This document shows positions 29,933 through 40,389 of a stretch of DNA of 64,000 nt, one piece after another. The position numbers were made by a program, and so were the translations under genes. Source of the stretch: Vicinamibacterales bacterium (GTDB lineage: Bacteria; Acidobacteriota; Vicinamibacteria; Vicinamibacterales; UBA2999). The notes under the pieces are model-generated. The model made no database searches and was not told where the DNA came from. It saw only the letters and a list, made by a program, of their open reading frames with translations. The stretch spans positions 118,584 to 182,583 of the forward strand of contig JBFWXO010000006.1 in NCBI GenBank assembly GCA_050187355.1, read 5' to 3'. Numbering within the stretch: the stretch's first letter is position 1; every line of letters starts with the position of its first letter.

Positions 29933-31996
29933 CTACGGCAGCGCGAACGCGACCACGCTGCTGCCCGAGGGCGCGCCGTTCTTGCCGCCCCCGCAGGCGA
30001 TGACGACGTACTGCTTGCCGTTCCGCACGTAGGTGGAAGGCGTGGCGTTGCCGGCGGCCGGAAGCGTCGTCTCCCACAGGAGGGTGCCGGTGGCGGCGTC
30101 GAACGCCCGGAACTTCTTGTCGAAGTTCGTGGCTCCGATGAACAGGAGCCCGCTGGCCGTCACGATCGGGCCGCCGTAGTTGTCGCTGCCCGTGTTGGTC
30201 ATCCCCGTGGCGGCCAGTGCCGGCACCTCGCCCAGCGGAATGCGCCACCGGATCGCGCCCTCGTTCAGGTCGATGGCGTTCAGCGTGCCCCAGGGCGGCG
30301 TGACGGCCGGATAGCCGTCGGGGTCGAGGAAGATCGACTCGCCGTCGCTCCGGTACTTGAGGTACCCCGGGGCCGACCGGAAGGCGGGATCGGCCGCCTT
30401 GTCCTTGCCCGTGATCAGGAAGTCCGCCACGTCGCCGATGTTGCGGCCGCCCATGTCCGGGAAGCCCGGCATCCGGCCCGTGCCCTGGCGGATGATGGTC
30501 ATGATCTCGTCGCGCGACAGGCGCGTGCCGACGTCCACGAGCGACGGGGCGGCCGGCGTGCCCCTGCGGTCGGCGCGGTGGCAGGTGGCGCACTTCGAGG
30601 TGTAGAGCGAGGTGTCGTTGTTGGGGATGAGCTTCACCACCCACGGCATCTCGTTCGCGTTCACGAAGAGGAGCCCGGTGGCGGGGTCGAAGGCCGAGCC
30701 GCCCCACTCGGCTCCGCCGTCGAACCCCGGGAACACGATGGTGCCCTCGAGCGACGGCGGCTCGAACATGCCGGAGCGCATCTTCCTGAACCGCGCCAGG
30801 ACATCCGCGTGCGCCTCGGGGGTGCGCGTGGTCAGCATGTCCTCGGTGAGGCCCTGGCGCGTGAACGGCGGCGGCTTCAACGGACGCGGCTGCGTCGCGG
30901 CCGGGTACTCGCCCTCCACGCCCTGCGTCGGCACGGGCCGGTCCTCGATCGGGAAGAGCGACTCGCCGGTGCGCCGGTCGAGCACGAACGTGTCCCCGTA
31001 CTTCGTCGTCTGCGCCACGGCCTCGACCGCCCGGCCATCGCGGGTGACGGTCACGAGCGTGGGCGGCGACGGGAAGTCCCAGTCCCAGATGTCGTGCCGG
31101 ACGCCCTGGAAGTGCCAGACGAGCCTGCCCGTGCGCGCATCCAGCGCCAGCACGCAGTCCGCGAACAGGTTGTCGCCCTTGCGGGTCGTCCCGTAGAAGT
31201 CGAAGGACGCCGATCCGGTGGCCGCGAACACGAGGCCGAGAGCCGGGTCCACCGTGAGGCCCGCCCACGGGTTCGCGCCTCCGGCCAGCGTGTAGGCATC
31301 CGGCGGCCAGCTGTCGTAGCCGAGCTCGCCCGGCTGGGGAATCGTGTGGAAGACCCACCGCTGCTCGCCCGTCTTCCAGTCGAACGCCCGGATGTGTCCG
31401 GGCGTGCCCGGCAGTGTCTCGGGCACGCTGCTCGGCAGGATGAGCAGGTCGTCGAAGACGACGCCGGGCGTGCTGGCGCTGATGGTGACCGACGCGGGCG
31501 GCTTGCCGAGTCCCTCGCGCAGGTCCACGCGGCCGCCCGCGCCGAAGCTGGCGATGGGCTGCCCGGTCTTCCGGTCCAGCGCGATGAGGACGTTGCGATA
31601 GGTGACGAACACGCGGTCGGCGTGCACGGCCACGCCCCGGTGCCGGAAGCGCTGGCGGCCGCCGGTGCCGCCGCTCGGGTCGTACTTCCACGCCTCACGG
31701 CCCGTCGCCGCGTCGAGCGCCACCACCTGCATCGTGGGCGTCGTCACGTAGAGCAGGCCGTCGACCACCACCGGGTTGCTCTGCATCTCCGACGCGGTGA
31801 AGTGGTCGCCGCTCTCGTACGTCCAGGCCACCTGCAACTGGCGGACGTTGTCCTTCGTGATCTGGGTGAGCGCGGAGTAGCGCGCGTTGCCGGGCCCACC
31901 GTTGATGGGCCAGTCCGCCTGCGCGGGAGGTGGGGGCGTTCCGGAACAGCCGGCCGCCAGGGCAAGGCAGGCGATGGAGGCGAGCGCGCGCATCAC
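29933..31996 (-). CDS. PQQ-dependent (glucose-type) dehydrogenase lipoprotein with inserted cytochrome c domain
   Basis: Lipobox LAAGC; RHRG, HDIWDWD, GGAEWGG and PPWGTL motifs; CATCH insert. Confidence 0.9.
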   Translation of the reverse strand: MMRALASIACLALAAGCSGTPPPPAQADWPINGGPGNARYSALTQITKDNVRQLQVAWTYESGDHFTASEMQSNPVVVDGLLYVTTPTMQVVALDAATGREAWKYDPSGGTGGRQRFRHRGVAVHADRVFVTYRNVLIALDRKTGQPIASFGAGGRVDLREGLGKPPASVTISASTPGVVFDDLLILPSSVPETLPGTPGHIRAFDWKTGEQRWVFHTIPQPGELGYDSWPPDAYTLAGGANPWAGLTVDPALGLVFAATGSASFDFYGTTRKGDNLFADCVLALDARTGRLVWHFQGVRHDIWDWDFPSPPTLVTVTRDGRAVEAVAQTTKYGDTFVLDRRTGESLFPIEDRPVPTQGVEGEYPAATQPRPLKPPPFTRQGLTEDMLTTRTPEAHADVLARFRKMRSGMFEPPSLEGTIVFPGFDGGAEWGGSAFDPATGLLFVNANEMPWVVKLIPNNDTSLYTSKCATCHRADRRGTPAAPSLVDVGTRLSRDEIMTIIRQGTGRMPGFPDMGGRNIGDVADFLITGKDKAADPAFRSAPGYLKYRSDGESIFLDPDGYPAVTPPWGTLNAIDLNEGAIRWRIPLGEVPALAATGMTNTGSDNYGGPIVTASGLLFIGATNFDKKFRAFDAATGTLLWETTLPAAGNATPSTYVRNGKQYVVIACGGGKNGAPSGSSVVAFALP

Positions 31997-32003
31997 GGAT
32001 CCC

Positions 32004-33572
32004 CTAGCGCAGCGGCGGCGTGCTCACCGGAGGCCGGCGATGCCGCGAGCGCTGCTCGTATGCGTAGGCAAACGCGATCAGGTTCGCCTCGTCCCACGCC
32101 TTCCCGAAGAACGTCATCCCCGCCGGCAGCCGGCCGCCGCGCGTGTAGCCCATCGGCACCTGGATCGACGGGAAGCCCGTCGTGGGCGAGAAGAACTGGC
32201 TGTTGTCGCCGCCCGGAGTGTTGAGGTCGCCGATGAGGCGCGGCGGGTTGCTCCAGGTGGGATAGACGAAGGCGTCGAGCTTCAGGGCGTCCATCGTCTT
32301 CGTGACGGCCGCGCGCACCTCGTCGCGGTAGGCCCGTTCGGCGGCGCAGTCCGGCGAGTCCGGCCCGTTGGCCTCGCCCTGCTCGGCCTGCTCGAGCCGC
32401 CGCTGGACGGTGGGGTGGAACTTGCCGCCCTTCACGACCTCGGCGAGGTCGGCGACGGGCACGCGCCCCTTGCGGGCGGCCAGGAACTGGTTGATGTCGT
32501 ACTTGAAGCCCTGGCACGACGTGCCGGGCGGCCGGCGGATCGTGTTCAGGCCCTCCACGGTGGCCGGATCGACCACCACCGCGCCAGCCAGTTTCAGGTC
32601 CTCCACGGCCGTCATGAACACCTGCACGATCTCGGCGTCGGTCGTGTCGCGTTCGTAGGCCTGCCGCAGGATCCCGATGCGCTTGCCGCGGAGGGCGTCG
32701 CGCGACAGCCCGGCCGCGTAGTCGGGGATGGCGCGTCCGCGGGCCGCCGCGGTCGCCGGGTCGTTCGGGTCCTCGCCCACCACCACCTGGAACACCGCCG
32801 CGGCGTCGGCCACCGTGCGCGCCATGGGCCCGGCGATGTCGGCCAGCAGGCTGAGCGGGAACACGCCCGCGCGGCTCGTGAGCCCCATCGTGGAGCGGAT
32901 GCCCACGAGGGCCTGGTGCGAGGAGGGCCCGCGAATCGAGTTGCCGGTGTCGCTGCCCAGCCCCACGGCGCCGAAGCTCGCGGCCACGGCGGCGGCCGTG
33001 CCGCCGCTGGACCCGGCGGTGACGCGGTCGAGGGCGTAGGGATTCTTCGTGTAGCCCGGCAGGATCGAGCTGAGGGTCTCGTTCGGCGTGAAGGCCCACT
33101 CCGCCAGGTTCGACTTGGCGAGCACGATCGCGCCGGCCGCCTTGATGCGCGCCACCTGGAAGGCATCGGCCGCCGGCACGTACCCCTCGAACGTCAGCGA
33201 CCCGTTCGAGCTCTGCATGCCGGCCGTCTCGAAGTTGTCCTTCACGATGGCAGGGATGCAGTGCAGGGGCCCGACGGGCCCGCCCGCCTTGTAGCGCTGG
33301 TCCAGCGCGTCCGCCTCGGCGAGCGCCCGCGGGTTCACCATCACGATGGCGTTCACGGCCGGCCCGTTCTTGTCGTAGGCGTCGATGCGGCGGAGGTAGC
33401 GCTCGACGAGGCCGTGGCAGGTGAGCCGGCCGTCCCGAAACGCGGCCTGGATGTCGGCAATCGACGCCTCCTCCACCTCGAAGGGCGGAGGCGGCGTCTG
33501 CGCGCGCGGCGTGAGCACGGCGGCGAGGACGAGAGCGGAGGCGATCGGGGCGGTGCGCATCGCGCGCATCAT
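32004..33572 (-). CDS. Secreted amidase-signature enzyme
   Basis: GPLHCIP.IVKDN, GSSGGT and GSDTGNSIR motifs. Confidence 0.93.
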   Translation of the reverse strand: MMRAMRTAPIASALVLAAVLTPRAQTPPPPFEVEEASIADIQAAFRDGRLTCHGLVERYLRRIDAYDKNGPAVNAIVMVNPRALAEADALDQRYKAGGPVGPLHCIPAIVKDNFETAGMQSSNGSLTFEGYVPAADAFQVARIKAAGAIVLAKSNLAEWAFTPNETLSSILPGYTKNPYALDRVTAGSSGGTAAAVAASFGAVGLGSDTGNSIRGPSSHQALVGIRSTMGLTSRAGVFPLSLLADIAGPMARTVADAAAVFQVVVGEDPNDPATAAARGRAIPDYAAGLSRDALRGKRIGILRQAYERDTTDAEIVQVFMTAVEDLKLAGAVVVDPATVEGLNTIRRPPGTSCQGFKYDINQFLAARKGRVPVADLAEVVKGGKFHPTVQRRLEQAEQGEANGPDSPDCAAERAYRDEVRAAVTKTMDALKLDAFVYPTWSNPPRLIGDLNTPGGDNSQFFSPTTGFPSIQVPMGYTRGGRLPAGMTFFGKAWDEANLIAFAYAYEQRSRHRRPPVSTPPLR

Positions 33573-33592
33573 ACGTCGGGGCCGGGGCCGGG

Positions 33593-34675
33593 TCAGCGCA
33601 GGAAGGCGCCGATCCGATCGTTCAGGAACGCCGCGTCGGCCGGATTCGCGCCGCCGCCGGCCGCGTGGCCCCACACCGACGGGATGGGCAGGAAGGTGGA
33701 GTCCCGCAGGAACTGCTGCTCGTACTTCGCGTCCTCGACCGGGAAGTAGAGGTCCGTGGCGCTCGGCATGTACAACACCTTCGCCGTGATGGACCGGAGC
33801 GCCTTCTCGTGGTCTCCGCCGAAGCCCGGGGTGCCGCCCACGTCGTGCCGCTGCCAGGTGCGCGCGTGCAGGATGAGGTTGTTCGGGTCGCGGCCGCGGT
33901 CGCGCTCGACGCGCGACGCGATCACCTCCTCCACGGTCTGCTGCTGCGGCTTGTAGAGCTCGCGGCGCCACCACTCCTGCGACCACACCCACGCGGCCCA
34001 GTGGGCGGACCACGCCCGCATGCCGGCCGGCGGCGGCGTGGTGTAGCGGCCGCCGTCGAACGCCGGGTCGGCCGTCAGCGCCAGGATGGCGCTCTCGAGC
34101 CTGGCGATGCCATGGGGATAGGTCTTCGCCGTGCCGCACCACGGCACGATGCGATCCATGAAGCCGGGATGCGACACGGCCCACTGGAACGCCTGCTCGG
34201 CGCCCATGGAGAAGCCGACGACGGCCCTGAGGTGCGTCACGCCCAGGTGCTCCAGCACGCGCCGCGACGCCTCGACGTCGTCGCGAATCGACACCGCCGG
34301 GAAGTCGGGGCCCGCCAGCGGCGCCGGCGTGTTGCTCGGCGAGGAGGAGAACCCGTTGCCGAACATCTCGGTCAGCACGACGAAGTACCTGTCGGGATCC
34401 AGCGCCTTGCCGGGACCGACCAGGAAGTCGTAGCCGTGGTAGTCCGCGCCGTAGTACGAGGGCACGAGCACCGCGTTGTCCTTCGCGGCATTCAGCCGGC
34501 CGAACGTGGCATAGGCGATGCGCGCCGTGGGCAGGACCCCGCCGCCCTCGAGGCGGAAGCCCGCAATCTCGAGGAAGCGGCGATGCTCGTCCGGCGGCGC
34601 GGCCGTCTGGGCGGCGGTGACGACGCCGGCGCTCGTGAGCGCCAGCGCGGCAAGAAGCTTCGGGGCGGTCGGCAC
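33593..34675 (-). CDS. Alpha/beta hydrolase, homoserine O-acetyltransferase (MetX)-like, with signal peptide
   Basis: YATFGRLN, GNGFSSSPSN, GFSMG, DLYF and WGH motifs. Confidence 0.85.
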   Translation of the reverse strand: MPTAPKLLAALALTSAGVVTAAQTAAPPDEHRRFLEIAGFRLEGGGVLPTARIAYATFGRLNAAKDNAVLVPSYYGADYHGYDFLVGPGKALDPDRYFVVLTEMFGNGFSSSPSNTPAPLAGPDFPAVSIRDDVEASRRVLEHLGVTHLRAVVGFSMGAEQAFQWAVSHPGFMDRIVPWCGTAKTYPHGIARLESAILALTADPAFDGGRYTTPPPAGMRAWSAHWAAWVWSQEWWRRELYKPQQQTVEEVIASRVERDRGRDPNNLILHARTWQRHDVGGTPGFGGDHEKALRSITAKVLYMPSATDLYFPVEDAKYEQQFLRDSTFLPIPSVWGHAAGGGANPADAAFLNDRIGAFLR

Positions 34676-34729
34676 GGCGCGATTCTACTGCCGGTTGAGC
34701 GGCCGGAACGGCGCGGATAGACTGCCGCC

Positions 34730-36010
34730 GTGGATCGCGAGTTCGCATTCGAGATGGCGGCGTCCAGCGTCCGGTTCGGCGCGGGCGTCACGCGGGAAGT
34801 CGGCTCGGACCTGGCCGACTGGGGCCTGGCGCGGGTGCTGGTCGTCACCGATCCGGTCGTCGCGCGCCTGCCGCCGCTCGCGGCCGTGCTCGACTCGCTC
34901 GACCGGCACAAGGTGGAGGCCATCGTGTTCGACCGCGTCCGGGTCGAGCCCACCGACGAGTCGTTCAAGAGCGCCATCGCCTTCGCCGCCGAGCAGGCGG
35001 TGGACGGCTTCGTCGCCGTCGGCGGCGGATCGGTGATGGACACGGCCAAGGCCGCGAACCTCTACACCACGTATCCGCCGGACGACTTCCTGGACTACGT
35101 GAACGCCCCCATCGGCAAGGCGCTGCCGGTACCCGGCCCGCTCAAGCCGCTCGTGGCCATCCCGACCACGGCGGGCACGGGCAGCGAGACGACCGGCGTC
35201 AGCATCTTCGACCTGACCGCCCTGCACGCGAAGACGGGCATCGCCAGCCGGCGGCTCAAGCCCGCGCTCGGGCTCCTCGACCCCGACAACACGCGGACGA
35301 TGCCGCGCGAGGTGGCGGCCTCCAGCGGGCTGGACATCCTGAGCCACGCCATCGAGAGCTTCACCGCCCTGCCGTACTCGGATCGGCCGCGGCCCGACCG
35401 CCCGGCGGTGCGGCCCGCCTACCAGGGATCCAACCCGATCAGCGACGTCTGGTCCCTGCAGGCGCTGCGGATGGTGTCGGCGTATCTCGTGCGCGCGTTC
35501 GACGACCCGGGCGACGACGAGGCGCGGGCCCAGATGCTCCTGGCCGCGTCGTACGCCGGCGTCGGCTTCGGGAACGCGGGCGTGCACCTGCCGCACGGCA
35601 TGTCGTACCCGGTGTCGGGCCTGGTGCGCGGGTACCGGGCGCCGGGGTACGGCCTGACGCACCCGCTCGTGCCGCACGGCATGTCGGTCATCCTCAACGC
35701 CCCGGCCGTGTTCCGCTTCACGGCCCCGGCCAGTCCCGCGCGTCACCTGCAGGCCGCCGAGGCGCTGGGCGTGGACATCTCGGGCGTGGCGCCGGACGAC
35801 GCGGGCGCGGTGCTGGCCGACCGCATCGTCTGGTTCATGGAGCGGCTGGGAGTCCCCAACGGCCTCGAGGCGATCGGCTACACGTCGAGCGACATCCCGG
35901 CCCTGGTGGAGGGCACGCTCCCGCAGCACCGCGTGACGAAGCTCTCGCCGCGTCCGGCCGCCGCCGACGACCTGGCCCGGCTCTTCGAGGATGCGATGGC
36001 GGCCTGGTGA
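34730..36010 (+). CDS. Hydroxyacid-oxoacid transhydrogenase (Fe-ADH family)
   Basis: GGGSVMDTAK, PTTAGTGSETT, RPAYQGSNPISD, GVHLPHG and VPHG motifs. Confidence 0.92.
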   Translation: MDREFAFEMAASSVRFGAGVTREVGSDLADWGLARVLVVTDPVVARLPPLAAVLDSLDRHKVEAIVFDRVRVEPTDESFKSAIAFAAEQAVDGFVAVGGGSVMDTAKAANLYTTYPPDDFLDYVNAPIGKALPVPGPLKPLVAIPTTAGTGSETTGVSIFDLTALHAKTGIASRRLKPALGLLDPDNTRTMPREVAASSGLDILSHAIESFTALPYSDRPRPDRPAVRPAYQGSNPISDVWSLQALRMVSAYLVRAFDDPGDDEARAQMLLAASYAGVGFGNAGVHLPHGMSYPVSGLVRGYRAPGYGLTHPLVPHGMSVILNAPAVFRFTAPASPARHLQAAEALGVDISGVAPDDAGAVLADRIVWFMERLGVPNGLEAIGYTSSDIPALVEGTLPQHRVTKLSPRPAAADDLARLFEDAMAAW

Positions 36011-36041
36011 GGCGCGGCCCAGCGGCCCGGCGTGCGCGGCG

Positions 36042-38534
36042 TCAGAGCCCCAGCCAGTAGGTCAGTTTCAGGATGAAGACGTGGGTGCCCCGGCCCCGGA
36101 AGGCGTCGGCCAGGTCGCGGCCCGCGGAGAAGACGCCGGGCCGGGCCTCGTCGGCGGCCGAGAGGTTCCACACCGCATAGAACGTGCTGCCACGCTTGTA
36201 CTCCCAGCGGAAGACCACGTTGCTCCGGAGCGACTTCGTGTTGAAGTCCGGATTGTCGGCCAGCGTCACCGGCGCGAAGTCGAAGGAGCTCGGCCGCGCC
36301 AGCCGGCGGATGTCGGTGTAGTCGCCGACCGCCACGAACGGCTGCAGGTAGGCCTCGAGCGTCATGTCGCGGGTGAAGGCGAAGGTGCCCCGGCCCGTGA
36401 GGCTCACGACGTGGCGCTCGAGCCGGCCGTAGACGTGGTCGGTCTCGCCGTCGCCGGTGGCGTCCGTGTTCTCGATCCACTGGGCCGCGTCGTGGCCGCG
36501 ATCGTAGGACCCGGCCACGCTCACCTGGAGCCGCCCCGTGGGCTGGACCCGCAGCGTGAGGTTCGTGGACCGCATGTTCGTCCCGGCCTCGTCCGTGCGG
36601 AGGTTGTTGTTCAGGAACACCTGCCACGTCTTGCGGGAGTCGCTCCGCAGGCCCAGGAACGTCTGCCAGCCGCCGGGCTTGACGATGGGCGGGCCGCCGC
36701 GCGAGTCGAGGTCGTCCAGCCGGCGGAAGTCGTGCCCGGCCTGGACGAACAGCCCCGAGAAGTTCCGGAAGACGAGATCGATGCCGCCCGAGAGCCCGCT
36801 GTCGAAGACCAGCCGGTCCTGGTTCCAGGAGCGCTGGCCGAAGAGGAACACGCCCTGCGATCGGAAGATCCCGCGCGGGTCCGGCTGCCGGACGCTGACC
36901 GAGACGTTCACGTTCGTGCGATCGACGCGCGCGCCCAGGAAGCCGAGGTCGCTGTTGCGGAACGTCGGCGTCACGCGGTCGACATGGCTGAACAGGCCGA
37001 TGTGCTTCGCGTCGTAGCTGAGGTTCGACACCGCGGCCAGGCCCGACTGCTGCCGCCCGTCCACCGGCGCGTAGGTGCCGAGCGCCAGGCCCGTCCACTG
37101 CGCCTTGTTGCTGGCCCAGCGCCACGAGAAGTCCGCCGCGCCGGTGAAGGCGTCGGCGTCGCCGTCCCGCACGACGCTGGTGGCCATCAGGCCCACGTTC
37201 GACTGGCCGTTCCGCGAGTCGCGGCGCAGCCGCCCGACGCCGTAGAGCGTGCGCGCCTCCACGAGGCGCTCGGTGCGGTGCATGACGGTCTCGCCGGAGG
37301 CGGACGTGACGGGCGCGTCGACGACGGCGTACTCCGGGGCCGTGAGCGCCGTGATGCCGCCGTAGACCCAGCGGTCCTTGCGCCCCGTCACCTTCGCGGC
37401 GCCCAGGATGGTCGTCTGCTCGGGCCGTGAGATCTCCACGTCGCCGTCCCGGAGGGCGAGCCGGCCCGGCGCCCGGCCGATCCGGCGGGAATGGAACGGC
37501 AGGAACACCGGAAAGGGCGGGACGAACATGCGGCTGTCCTCCACGAAGAACGGCCGCCGCTCGGGAAAGAAGTTCTCGAACACGGTCAGGTTCAGGACGG
37601 CCGGGTCCTGCTCCACCTGGCCGAAGTCGGGGTTGAGCGTGGCCGACAGCGTGGCCGACGTGCCCAGGCCGAGCCGGGCGTCCAGCCCGAACTGCCCGGA
37701 GCCCGTCAGGGCGCCCTCGGCGGGCCGCTCGGCCCGCGCGAGCGCCACGGGCAGGATCTCGATCCGGCGGGGCGGCGCCATCGTCTGCTCGAACACGAGG
37801 TGCCCGAAGCGCGAGACGAAGCCAGCCGCGCCGCGGGGCGTCGGCACCCACCGGTCGTAGCCGCCGGCGCGGTAATGGTCGCGGCGCAGGTTGAAGCCCC
37901 ACACGGTGCGCTCGCCGGGGCGGACGGTGAAACGAAGCTGCGAGAACGGAATGGCGTACTCGGCGAACCAGCCGTCGGCGGCGATCGTGGTCCGCACGTT
38001 CCACACCGCGTCGAAATCCGGGCTCTGCCGCGTGTCCTCGTAGAACAGGTAGTCGTTCTGCATGCCCGACGGGTTGGTCTCGAACACGACGGCGTTCTGG
38101 TGGTCGTGCCGCGTGTCGAAGCTCATGCGGATGAGATCGCTCGGCGGCAGGTTGTCGCGGCGTCCGAGGCCCGTCGTGACGAGCGAGGGATCCTTCGTGA
38201 AGCAGCGCACGGCCGCATACAGCGTGCGGTCGTCGTACGCGATCTGGACCACCGTCCGGTCGCGCGGCGGCGCCATGTTGTCGGGTTCGTTCTGCACGAA
38301 GTCGTCGATGGCCTCGGCCCGGGTCCACACGTCGTCGTCGAGGACGCCGTCCACGACCGGCGGCGCTCCCGTGATCCGGAGGGCGTGGAACTCCTTGCCC
38401 GCCTTTTCCGGGACGACGGGCTCGCCGGCGGGCGCCTGCGCGGACCCGCGTGCGGCCAGGAGGGGCAGCGCGACCGCGCCGAGCACGAGAGCCAGGCGGC
38501 TTCCGGGCCGGCACCATCGACGCATGCGGGACAA
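36042..38534 (-). CDS. CBM9-like sugar-binding plus DUF5916 domain outer-membrane protein
   Basis: VDGVLDD..W, EYAIPFSQLRF, NPDFGQVEQD...FFPERRPFF and RWEY motifs; aromatic C-terminus. Confidence 0.88.
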   Translation of the reverse strand: MSRMRRWCRPGSRLALVLGAVALPLLAARGSAQAPAGEPVVPEKAGKEFHALRITGAPPVVDGVLDDDVWTRAEAIDDFVQNEPDNMAPPRDRTVVQIAYDDRTLYAAVRCFTKDPSLVTTGLGRRDNLPPSDLIRMSFDTRHDHQNAVVFETNPSGMQNDYLFYEDTRQSPDFDAVWNVRTTIAADGWFAEYAIPFSQLRFTVRPGERTVWGFNLRRDHYRAGGYDRWVPTPRGAAGFVSRFGHLVFEQTMAPPRRIEILPVALARAERPAEGALTGSGQFGLDARLGLGTSATLSATLNPDFGQVEQDPAVLNLTVFENFFPERRPFFVEDSRMFVPPFPVFLPFHSRRIGRAPGRLALRDGDVEISRPEQTTILGAAKVTGRKDRWVYGGITALTAPEYAVVDAPVTSASGETVMHRTERLVEARTLYGVGRLRRDSRNGQSNVGLMATSVVRDGDADAFTGAADFSWRWASNKAQWTGLALGTYAPVDGRQQSGLAAVSNLSYDAKHIGLFSHVDRVTPTFRNSDLGFLGARVDRTNVNVSVSVRQPDPRGIFRSQGVFLFGQRSWNQDRLVFDSGLSGGIDLVFRNFSGLFVQAGHDFRRLDDLDSRGGPPIVKPGGWQTFLGLRSDSRKTWQVFLNNNLRTDEAGTNMRSTNLTLRVQPTGRLQVSVAGSYDRGHDAAQWIENTDATGDGETDHVYGRLERHVVSLTGRGTFAFTRDMTLEAYLQPFVAVGDYTDIRRLARPSSFDFAPVTLADNPDFNTKSLRSNVVFRWEYKRGSTFYAVWNLSAADEARPGVFSAGRDLADAFRGRGTHVFILKLTYWLGL

Positions 38535-38716
38535 TTAGACCCCGGCGGGCCGGGATTGGCCGTCGCCGGCGTGCCGCATGTCGGCCCCGCGCCGCGCAAT
38601 GGCGGTCGGGGACGGCGCCTGCCACAGGTACGAGGGCCGGCCGTTCGGCCGCGGCAGGATGCGGATCGCGCCGGCCTCGTCGAGCGCGCGGCGGTACGTT
38701 CGCGGACAGGCCGCCG

Positions 38717-39475
38717 TCAGCCGGCCGGAGACGGGTCGGCGGCGAGCCCCGACAGGTAGTCCAGCACCGCCTGCCGCGCGCCGGGCCGCGTGTAGACGTC
38801 CCTGGCCCGGCTCTCGATGACGCCAGCCATCACCTCCGCCACCTCCTCGGCGCTCTGCGAGTTCGGCAGGCCGCGGGAGTCGGGGCCCCCGTGGACGGCG
38901 TTCAGGCCGAACTCGGTCCGCACCACGCCCGGGGAGACGAGCGACACGGCGATGCCAGGGTGTGAGGCGGCCAGCTCGTCGCGGACGTTCGCCGTGAGCG
39001 CGTTCAGGAAGTGCTTCGCGCCGCTGTAGGCGGAGCGGAAGGGCGCCAGGGGCATGCGGCCGAGCATGGAGGACACGTTGATGATGTGACCGGCCCCGCG
39101 CTCCTTGAAGTGCGGCAAGACGGCCTGGATGCCGTACAGGGCAGACTTCACGTTCACGAGCATCATCTGGTCCAGATCGTCGTCGGTGAGTTCGGTGGCG
39201 GGCCGGGTGATGCCGCGCCCGACGTTGTTCACCCAGACGTCGATCCGGTGGAACAGCGTCAGCGCTTCGGCCACGGCCCGCGTCGCGTCGCCGCGCTTGG
39301 TCATGTCGGCCACGATGGCGTGGCCGTGCGGCCGGCAGCGGGCCGCCACCGCGGCGAGGGCCTCGGGCCGGCGCGCAATGAGGCCCACGGCCGTGCCGTC
39401 GCGGGCCAACCGTTCGGCCAGCGCCGCGCCGATTCCGCTGCTGGCCCCCGTGATGACGACGACCTTCTCTGCCAT
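38717..39475 (-). CDS. SDR family oxidoreductase
   Basis: ITGASSGIG, NNVG and YSGAK motifs; SD AGGAGG. Confidence 0.95.
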   Translation of the reverse strand: MAEKVVVITGASSGIGAALAERLARDGTAVGLIARRPEALAAVAARCRPHGHAIVADMTKRGDATRAVAEALTLFHRIDVWVNNVGRGITRPATELTDDDLDQMMLVNVKSALYGIQAVLPHFKERGAGHIINVSSMLGRMPLAPFRSAYSGAKHFLNALTANVRDELAASHPGIAVSLVSPGVVRTEFGLNAVHGGPDSRGLPNSQSAEEVAEVMAGVIESRARDVYTRPGARQAVLDYLSGLAADPSPAG

Positions 39476-39612
39476 GGTTCCGGCCTCCTGGTGGGTCCGA
39501 TGATACGTTGCCGGCCCGGTGGGGCCCCGTGGACCGGGCGTCCGCGGACGAGCCGGCCCGGGGGTGGCAACCCTTTGTCCGGTCGGCTCGTCTACTCCAG
39601 GCGAGGTTGCCC

Positions 39613-40365
39613 ATGTCCCTGACCGCCCGCCTGTCCGCAGCCGTCCTCGTCACCTGCCTGGGAGCGACGCCGGTCCTGGCCCAGAAAGTCGAGGAACGGG
39701 TGGACCGGACCCTGCCGTTCCGATCCGGGGGCACCGTGCGTCTCAAGACGTTCTCGGGCAAGGTGGAGATCCGCGGCACCGACGGCGACCAGGTGGTCGT
39801 GCACGCGGTCCGGCGGGCCGAGGCCGAGAAGCTGCGGGACATCACCTTCGACATCCGCACCGAGGGATCGGCCATCGTGATCGATGCCAACCACCGCGAC
39901 GGCGGGTGGCGGCGGAACGACAACGTCGTCGAGGCCGACATCGAACTGCAGGTGCCGCGGCGGACCACGCTGGACGTCACGACCTTCAGCGCGCCGGTGA
40001 CGGTGCGCGGGGTGGAGGGCCGGCACGACATCGGCGGCTTCTCGTCGACCATCCGTGTCGAGGACGCGGTGCAGGGGCTGCGGGTGAAGACCTTCAGCGG
40101 CGACGTGATCGTCGCCGCCCGCTCGTGGCCCGACGGGCAGGACATCGACGTCAACACCTTCAGCGGCGGCATCGATCTCACCGTGCCGGCCGATGCGCGC
40201 GGCAGCCTGGCCTTCAACACCTTCAGCGGCGACCTGGATTCGGACCTGCCGATCGCGGTGTCGCGCTCGCGCGGCCGCCGGAACGTCGAGGGCACGCTGA
40301 ACGGCGGCGGTTCGAGCAGCGTCCGCCTGAAGACCTTCAGCGGCGACGCGCGCGTCCGGCGCTAG
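39613..40365 (+). CDS. DUF4097 beta-strand-repeat (adhesin-like) secreted protein
   Basis: Repeated (K/N)TFSG motif; signal peptide. Confidence 0.85.
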   Translation: MSLTARLSAAVLVTCLGATPVLAQKVEERVDRTLPFRSGGTVRLKTFSGKVEIRGTDGDQVVVHAVRRAEAEKLRDITFDIRTEGSAIVIDANHRDGGWRRNDNVVEADIELQVPRRTTLDVTTFSAPVTVRGVEGRHDIGGFSSTIRVEDAVQGLRVKTFSGDVIVAARSWPDGQDIDVNTFSGGIDLTVPADARGSLAFNTFSGDLDSDLPIAVSRSRGRRNVEGTLNGGGSSSVRLKTFSGDARVRR

Positions 40366-40389
40366 GTCCCCCGCTCCGGGGCCGCGCTA

